A stretch of DNA of 64,000 bases from an uncultured Chlorobiaceae bacterium (lineage in GTDB: Bacteria; Bacteroidota; Ignavibacteria; UBA10030; SZUA-254), in assembly GCA_964523395.1 (NCBI GenBank), contig CAZFXS010000003.1:209505-273504 (forward strand). Direction: 5' to 3'. Below are positions 56,572 through 64,000 of this stretch, piece after piece. The notes under the pieces were generated by a model. The model was not told the DNA's origin, did no database searches, and saw nothing but the letters and a program-made list of their open reading frames with translations. Position 1 is the stretch's first letter. Each line of letters begins with the position of its first letter. The position numbers and the translations under genes are program-made.

Positions 56572-58200
56572 ATGGTGTCTCAAACAACACGTTTCAATGC
56601 AATGCGAGGAGTCGCGCTTATTGCGCTTATTACAGTATTATGCAGTGCATGGGTGTACACGCAGGAACTATGCGATCCTCCGATTGGCACGGCAGGACAT
56701 GACAAATATCTCACCTGCTCAATCCGCTGGATTGATCTGAAAGGTGCATCTTCAATCGAAGGAGCGACATTTTTATGGGATGGCCCGTCAGGGTCCGGAT
56801 GGACCGGAGCTCATCTTACAACAAATGTTCCCGGTATGTATGTCCTCAAAATTACATCCCCGAGCGGATGCTATACTATCGATACAGTGTATCTCTATGA
56901 CAACGCTGACACGCCGGATCTTCGCTGTGAAGGCGATTATCTTTCGTGTACAAAAACAACTGCAACCACGAACGTCTATTCAGATCCTTCTGAAGGCGTG
57001 ACCTATATGTGGTATGGCGACGGCCTTGTGAGCGGTCAGGGAACTTCATCGGCGGTATGGGATGCACCGGGGACGAAGAAAGTTGTCGTGCGCGTTGAAG
57101 CAACAGGCTGTACCGATTCCTGCTCAACCGAAGTAACAATGAACAGTGATAAGCCTTCCTGCAATTTGTCTGTTCCGAGCACCAAGCCGGCGTGCGGAAG
57201 CACCGGTAACCAATTGTGTGCAAATGTATCCGGTGCCGCTTCTTATGAGTGGACAGTTACCGGTTGGACGATGACAGGCGGTCAGGGTACAAACTGCGTT
57301 ACCTATACCGCCGGCGTGGCGGGTACCAGTGGTACATTTAAACTTGTCGTCACGGGTCAGAACGGCTGCAAAGATTCTTGCACGGTTGTGTTAACATGCG
57401 AAGGAGAGTTGGGTCAAGGCTGTACCCCTGGTTATTGGAAGAATCATAAGTTCCAGTGGGATCGGGCTGGCGATGTCGCGTCAAGCTGCGTTGCAGCAGC
57501 AATTGCGGCAAAAGCCGCAGCGTTTCCGGCAGAACCCTGGAGCGGCAACGGTACAATCAATTCATTATACAGAACGACGTTTGGTGTTACTGCCGCGCAG
57601 ATGACTGCGGTTGGTCTGGCTTCAAACCTTACGCTGATCCAGGCGCTTAATCTCGGCGGTGGCAAATTTGAACAGCTGGCCCGTCATTCAGTTGCCGGCC
57701 TTCTAAGTGCATGCGCAGTGAATTATGCATTTACTTCTGCCACTGTTCTGCAACAGACACATAATGCAATTGTAACGAAAACGCTCGGTACTCCGACACT
57801 TGGCGATATCTTTGACCTTGCCAATAACGCAGGCTGTCCGCTGGATAACAAGGAACTCGGCAGAGAAACCATTGTAGGTGGTTCTATTGAAGAGGTTATG
57901 CCGACACAGTATAATCTTTCGAGCAATTATCCGAATCCCTTTAATCCGTCAACAGTTATCAATTACGAAGTTCCTGAACCAAGTTATGTACGCCTTGCGG
58001 TGTACAATATGCTCGGACAGGAAGTCGCGACGTTGGTAGATGGAGTGGTTGAACCGGGTGTTCGCGCGGTTGAATGGAATGCCAGCAACGGCAGTGGCGC
58101 TGTCCTTCCTTCGGGCATCTATATTTACAAGATGCAGGCAACCTCATTAACATCTGAAAAAGGCTTCCAGACAGTCAAGAAGATGATGTTGATGAAGTAA
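56572..58200 (+). CDS. Secreted cysteine-rich protein with a conserved N-terminal module and T9SS C-terminal sorting domain (paralog 1).
   Basis: 542 aa. Signal peptide GVALIALITVLCSAWVYTQ. The N-terminal ~115 aa are about 80% identical to the 58570 ORF. The central region is Cys-rich. The C-terminus NYPNPFNPSTVINYEVP...LAVYNMLGQEVATLVDG...SGIYIYKMQA is a T9SS CTD. Confidence 0.8.
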   Translation: MVSQTTRFNAMRGVALIALITVLCSAWVYTQELCDPPIGTAGHDKYLTCSIRWIDLKGASSIEGATFLWDGPSGSGWTGAHLTTNVPGMYVLKITSPSGCYTIDTVYLYDNADTPDLRCEGDYLSCTKTTATTNVYSDPSEGVTYMWYGDGLVSGQGTSSAVWDAPGTKKVVVRVEATGCTDSCSTEVTMNSDKPSCNLSVPSTKPACGSTGNQLCANVSGAASYEWTVTGWTMTGGQGTNCVTYTAGVAGTSGTFKLVVTGQNGCKDSCTVVLTCEGELGQGCTPGYWKNHKFQWDRAGDVASSCVAAAIAAKAAAFPAEPWSGNGTINSLYRTTFGVTAAQMTAVGLASNLTLIQALNLGGGKFEQLARHSVAGLLSACAVNYAFTSATVLQQTHNAIVTKTLGTPTLGDIFDLANNAGCPLDNKELGRETIVGGSIEEVMPTQYNLSSNYPNPFNPSTVINYEVPEPSYVRLAVYNMLGQEVATLVDGVVEPGVRAVEWNASNGSGAVLPSGIYIYKMQATSLTSEKGFQTVKKMMLMK

Positions 58201-58227
58201 GATTTCCCTCATAAGAGGAATCGATGA

Positions 58228-58268
58228 GCGGGGTAAGCGATGTTTGCTTGCCCCGTTTTGTTTTTTTT
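58228..58268 (+). terminator. Rho-independent terminator.
   Basis: Stem gcggggtaagc / gcttgccccg (1 mismatch), followed by ttttgtttttttt. Confidence 0.7.
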
Positions 58269-58569
58269 GCTCAATTTCTCTTAACTATGATGCACTATTC
58301 GTTATCTGTCCGGACGAGTTTTTAGGAATGTAGTTAATGAGTATAAGCAAAAACAAGAAAAACAGGTAACAAAACTCTTGATTCATACTTTTTTCTCCTT
58401 ATATTGTATCGTTGTTTTGGAAGCAAATTCTCCCCTCATTGTCTCAATTATCTGTTGAAAAAGTTTTTCGGAACTTATTGTAATTGCAGTCTCAGGCTTC
58501 AAAAGTGTTTCAAGAAAATTAAAACTCACTAATCAACCATTCACTAACTATTATAGGGAAGGTATATTT

Positions 58570-59835
58570 ATGATACCTCAAACAACACGTAATAATGCCA
58601 TATGGAGTGTTGCTCTTGTTGCACTGATCACTGTATTGTGCAGCGCTTGGGCGTACACACAGCAAGAACAGTGTAATCCTCCGATTGGTACGGCGGGATA
58701 TGATAAGCATCTCACCTGCGATATTCGCTGGATCGATTTGAAGGGTGCATCGTCAGTAGAAGGCGCGACGTTCTATTGGAGTGGCCCGTCAGGTACGGGA
58801 TGGACCGGAGCCCATCTTACAACAAATGTTCCGGGAACATATATCTTAAAAATTACCGCTCCGAGCGGCTGTTACACTCTTGATACCGTTCAACTGATTG
58901 ACGATTGCGTACCGGGAGAGAACGGCGTTTGCTGGCTCACCGGTGGCGGATCAAAAAAATCACCGATCGTTGATATCGGTCTTGGCGAATCGGTAAAGCC
59001 AAGGAAACTCTACAACTGGGGCGGCAACGTGAACCCGGGTTGCAGCCCAACAGCTGGTGACGGCGGTAGCTGGAACCTGATTGATGTCGCGCAGAGCCTT
59101 CATTTCCATGCAACACACATCGAGGTCGTAGAATGCGGCAATGTTTCCGGAATTCCTCCAGGATCGACTTCACCGGTAACGCCGTTCAACTACATCCATT
59201 ACACCGGATGGGGAACATTGAAAGGTGTTAAAGGAAACAAGACCGATATGCCCCTTGTGTATTTCTGGGCGCGAGCGGAAGACCGCAATGAACCGGGAAG
59301 CAACGGAATGAATGATGGAGCTGGGAAGGACCGTTTGTTTGTACACGTTTATGCGAACCAAGCGAACCCTAACGGCTCAACTCTTATACTGCTTGATATC
59401 GACGGAAACCCTGCGACAGTAGATCCGTTCACCATTTCAACCGGAAATCTCCAGCTCCACATCAGCAGCTGCGACGATCCACCGGCGGCATTTGCCGACC
59501 TTGGCGCAGCGTCAGAAAAAGAAGTCAACGCAGCTCCGGTTGCATATGCACTTCATGCAAATTACCCGAATCCCTTCAATCCGTCAACATATATCTCGTA
59601 CGATATACCTGAACTCAGCAATGTTCGTCTTTCTGTGTTCAATATGCTCGGTCAGGAAGTTGCGACATTGGTGGATGGTATAGTTGAACCGGGTCGTCAG
59701 ACGGTAGAATGGAATGCCGGTAATGATAATGGTATTTCGCTCCCTTCCGGCGTCTATATTTACAGAATGCAGGCCAATTCTGTCAATAGCGGCAACGGAT
59801 TCCAGACGATTAAGAAGATGATGTTAATGAAGTAA
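58570..59835 (+). CDS. Secreted protein, paralog 2 of 56572-58200, with T9SS C-terminal sorting domain.
   Basis: 421 aa with the same N-terminal module (SVALVALITVLCSAWAYTQ...PPIGTAGYDKHLTCDIRWIDLKGASS...) and T9SS CTD (NYPNPFNPSTYISYDIPE...FNMLGQEVATLVDG...SGVYIYRMQA). The central region is unrelated to paralog 1. Confidence 0.8.
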   Translation: MIPQTTRNNAIWSVALVALITVLCSAWAYTQQEQCNPPIGTAGYDKHLTCDIRWIDLKGASSVEGATFYWSGPSGTGWTGAHLTTNVPGTYILKITAPSGCYTLDTVQLIDDCVPGENGVCWLTGGGSKKSPIVDIGLGESVKPRKLYNWGGNVNPGCSPTAGDGGSWNLIDVAQSLHFHATHIEVVECGNVSGIPPGSTSPVTPFNYIHYTGWGTLKGVKGNKTDMPLVYFWARAEDRNEPGSNGMNDGAGKDRLFVHVYANQANPNGSTLILLDIDGNPATVDPFTISTGNLQLHISSCDDPPAAFADLGAASEKEVNAAPVAYALHANYPNPFNPSTYISYDIPELSNVRLSVFNMLGQEVATLVDGIVEPGRQTVEWNAGNDNGISLPSGVYIYRMQANSVNSGNGFQTIKKMMLMK

Positions 59836-59860
59836 GTTCTCTTCACAGGAAGAGAATTGA

Positions 59861-59900
59861 AATCGGGGCGAGCGGTTTAACGCTTGCCCCGATTTTTTTT
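59861..59900. terminator. Bidirectional terminator between T9SS paralog 2 (+) and coaX (-).
   Basis: Stem aatcggggcgagcg / cgcttgccccgatt with loop gtttaa, followed by tttttttt. It is homologous to the 58228 terminator. Confidence 0.75.
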
Positions 59901-60668
59901 CCTTCTTTGCTGAAGTTCATAAAGCAGGCGGGCGCCATCAAGGACCAGCGACGGTTCAGTGTAGTCAACAACAGAAGTGTGCCTAGTAATCAAACCGGCA
60001 TTTCCCCCGGTTGCAACCACCACAGTTTTCCTCCCAAGTTCTTTTTTTAGTCGGTGAACGATTCCATTGACAGCCTCGATAGTGCTATACATAATACCGG
60101 ATTGAAGGCACTCTTCTGTGCTGGTCCCGATTAGGTTCCGGGGAAGTTCAAGTCTGACTTCCGGCAAAACTGCGGTCTTTAACGCCAGTGCCGATGCGGT
60201 TGTCTGAATTCCTGCCGCGATAAGTCCTCCGATAAATTCTCCTTTGGCCGAAACAATATCATATGTTATTGCTGTCCCGAAATCCACGATAATAGCAGGA
60301 GTACCGTACTTTTCCATCGCGGCAACGGCATTACAAATGCGGTCAGCGCCTAATTTTTGTGGCTGTTGATACCTGATGTTTATCCCAAGCTCTTTATCTC
60401 CTGAGATAATAAAAGGTTTTTTCTTGAGCCACTTCGAAATAACTCGTTCGATAATCCTGCAGTTCCTTGGATTTACCGAAGAAATGACCGTCCCGTCAAT
60501 TTCGGCTGGAGAAATGCCGGTTTCTTTACAAAGCAGCAGCAGCGTTTGCCGGATCACAGCTCCCGCAGGCGCAGGTGTGCTATGTGTACGCCATTCCGAA
60601 GTGAGCCGGTTGCGGGAAAACATTCCGTATACTGTGTCGGTGTTCCCGATATCAATTGCCAATAACAT
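59877..60668 (-). CDS. coaX: Type III pantothenate kinase.
   Basis: 263 aa. N-terminus MLLAIDIGNTDTVYGMF; an actin-fold with the GADR motif context (KLGADRICN). Confidence 0.85.
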   Translation of the reverse strand: MLLAIDIGNTDTVYGMFSRNRLTSEWRTHSTPAPAGAVIRQTLLLLCKETGISPAEIDGTVISSVNPRNCRIIERVISKWLKKKPFIISGDKELGINIRYQQPQKLGADRICNAVAAMEKYGTPAIIVDFGTAITYDIVSAKGEFIGGLIAAGIQTTASALALKTAVLPEVRLELPRNLIGTSTEECLQSGIMYSTIEAVNGIVHRLKKELGRKTVVVATGGNAGLITRHTSVVDYTEPSLVLDGARLLYELQQRRKKNRGKR

Positions 60669-60676
60669 TCCGAGGG

Positions 60677-61453
60677 TTAATCCTTTCTCACTGTAACATC
60701 GCCCGCGTAAACGGTGATGAGCTTGTTTTCTCTTTCAATAATAAGTCCGCCATCATCCCGGATATCTTTTGCGGTGCCGTAAAGTAACTTCCCTGATTGG
60801 TCAACACAAATAGAGCTCCCGATGATAGAGCTTAGTGATTTCCATTGGTTGATGATTTCTGTGTACCGGCTGTGTTGAATCAAAAAATATAACTCTTCCA
60901 TTTGTTCGAGAATGTTGCTAAGGATCATCGTACAATCATACTCTTTTCCTGACTCAAGAGAGAGGGATGTCGCGATCGATTGCACTTCCTGTGGGAAATC
61001 CGACTGATTAACATTCACTCCGATTCCAACTATCACCGACATTGTTTTACCGGAATGATGAACAATTTCGGAAAGAATCCCGCACACTTTTTTCTTCCGG
61101 ATTAATACATCGTTGGGCCATTTGCATTCAGTTGTTTGACTGGTTGTTTTTCTGATTGCGTTGCAAACAGCCACGCCGGCATATAGAGAAATAATGCCGA
61201 GATTTGAAACGGGAATTTGAGGTTGGAGTATAACCGAAAAGGTGAGGCTTTTTCCTTTTTCCGAAATCCATGATCTGCCCAAGCGCCCCCGTCCGGCGTT
61301 CTGTTCTTCCGCAATAATGAGTGTGCCGGTATGTGTACCGGTTGCGGCAATTTCTTTCGCTTTCGAGTTTGTGGAATCGATTGTCCGGAAAAAATGAAAA
61401 TTTTTTCCAAAGGTCCTGGTTCTCAGATTTTGCGCTATTGTCTTTTCATCCAT
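60677..61453 (-). CDS. birA: Biotin--[acetyl-CoA-carboxylase] ligase (no N-terminal HTH).
   Basis: 258 aa with the signature GRGRLGRSWIS and a BPL/LPL catalytic domain. Confidence 0.8.
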   Translation of the reverse strand: MDEKTIAQNLRTRTFGKNFHFFRTIDSTNSKAKEIAATGTHTGTLIIAEEQNAGRGRLGRSWISEKGKSLTFSVILQPQIPVSNLGIISLYAGVAVCNAIRKTTSQTTECKWPNDVLIRKKKVCGILSEIVHHSGKTMSVIVGIGVNVNQSDFPQEVQSIATSLSLESGKEYDCTMILSNILEQMEELYFLIQHSRYTEIINQWKSLSSIIGSSICVDQSGKLLYGTAKDIRDDGGLIIERENKLITVYAGDVTVRKD

Positions 61454-61748
61454 TGCGCCTTGATAGTACCAAAAAAGGGGGGGAAAAACAAGGCGACAAT
61501 TTTGTCAGATTGTTTGGACGAACTGTCATATTTGATCCTTCTGCTGACACTGTGACGCTTTAAGGAGATCTTCAACTTGACGACTTCATTTTCAAAAACC
61601 TCTAAATTGGTTCGATTTTTAAACATTCTAAAACTCAGCCATTGGCATACCAATTGTAATTATTGAGGGCAAAATTGCTATTGAAAACGAAACACCAAAG
61701 AGCAAAAAATCTCTGTGGTGAAAACTACCTTTAAGGAGGGTACGAAGA

Positions 61749-63689
<1,941 letters not shown>

Positions 63690-63856
63690 CAGCTGGAAGC
63701 TGTTACCCTGAGCGCAAGCGAAGGGTCTGCTGTTTATAAGTAAAAATCCCGAGCCGCCGTCTCATTGGAGAAATCCAATGGTCGCGCGGCTCAAATTTTT
63801 AATACAAAATACAAACCTCGAACCTCAAACTGGTGCGAGTATTAAGCGAGAATACT

Positions 63857-64000
63857 ATGAACTTTCAAAAATTCACAATAAAATCACAGGAAGCTGTACA
63901 AAATGCTCAGGAGATTGCAGCAAGTTACAGCAATCAATCCATTGAACCTGAACATTTGCTTGCGGCATTGGTGCAGGACGCGGACGGACTTGTAACTCCA
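63857..64000 (+). CDS. clpB: 5' end of a ClpB/ClpA-family AAA+ chaperone gene that runs off the window.
   Basis: ATG at 63857 opens MNFQKFTIKSQEAVQNAQEIAASYSNQSIEPEHLLAALVQD, a Clp_N repeat motif. It is immediately downstream of dnaK and was not in the ORF track because no stop falls in the window. Confidence 0.55.
   Translation, partial: MNFQKFTIKSQEAVQNAQEIAASYSNQSIEPEHLLAALVQDADGLVTP

Noticed and set aside
61576-61607. Sigma32/sigma70-like promoter (CTTGACG ... CCTCTAAAT) upstream of dnaK and a CIRCE element
   Set aside because: The -10 match is poor and no CIRCE inverted repeat (TTAGCACTC-N9-GAGTGCTAA) is present. Not supportable.

Overview
This 64 kb window comes from a bacterium whose secreted proteins carry type IX secretion (T9SS) C-terminal sorting domains (ORFs at 424-2142, 56572-58200 and 58570-59835), which points to the FCB superphylum. 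I cannot assign the taxon more precisely from sequence alone.

Most of the window is core metabolism:
- **Heme biosynthesis (minus strand):** a nearly complete locus, hemX-like, hemA, hemC, hemD, hemE, bfr, hemF, hemH, hemY, with hemB and hemL a few kb away.
- **ECF sigma / anti-sigma pair:** sits directly downstream of the heme genes. The anti-sigma carries a vWA/YfbK-like periplasmic module.
- **Complex I:** an 11-gene nuoABCDHIJKLMN operon with no nuoEFG between nuoD and nuoH.
- **Other genes:** citrate synthase, a TerC-family membrane protein, a hemerythrin-like protein, an M20 peptidase, a PduO-type cobalamin adenosyltransferase, an OmpR/histidine-kinase pair, coaX, birA, dnaK and the start of clpB.

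The accessory-looking region at 2.3-19.8 kb is the most interesting part. It is a compact, apparently complete type IV pilus / type IV filament-like gene cluster:
- three major-pilin-like genes;
- PilC-like platform protein and PilB-like assembly ATPase;
- three minor-pilin-like genes (one PilX-like);
- PilT-like retraction ATPase;
- a PilM-PilN-like fusion and a PilO/PilP-like protein;
- a short secretin followed by a large lipoprotein.

The pilin-like proteins are non-canonical:
- They begin M-G-(Q/T)-Q-Q followed directly by the hydrophobic helix. The cleavable leader would be a single Met, and there is no Glu5.
- No prepilin peptidase gene is present in the window.
- Each pilin gene is preceded by a sigma54-type -24/-12 promoter element.
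- Two pilin copies are 100% identical at the nucleotide level inside diverged flanks, a gene-conversion signature.
- A GT-C fold glycosyltransferase with C-terminal TPR repeats lies immediately upstream.

No CRISPR arrays, tRNA/rRNA genes, transposases or integrases were seen.
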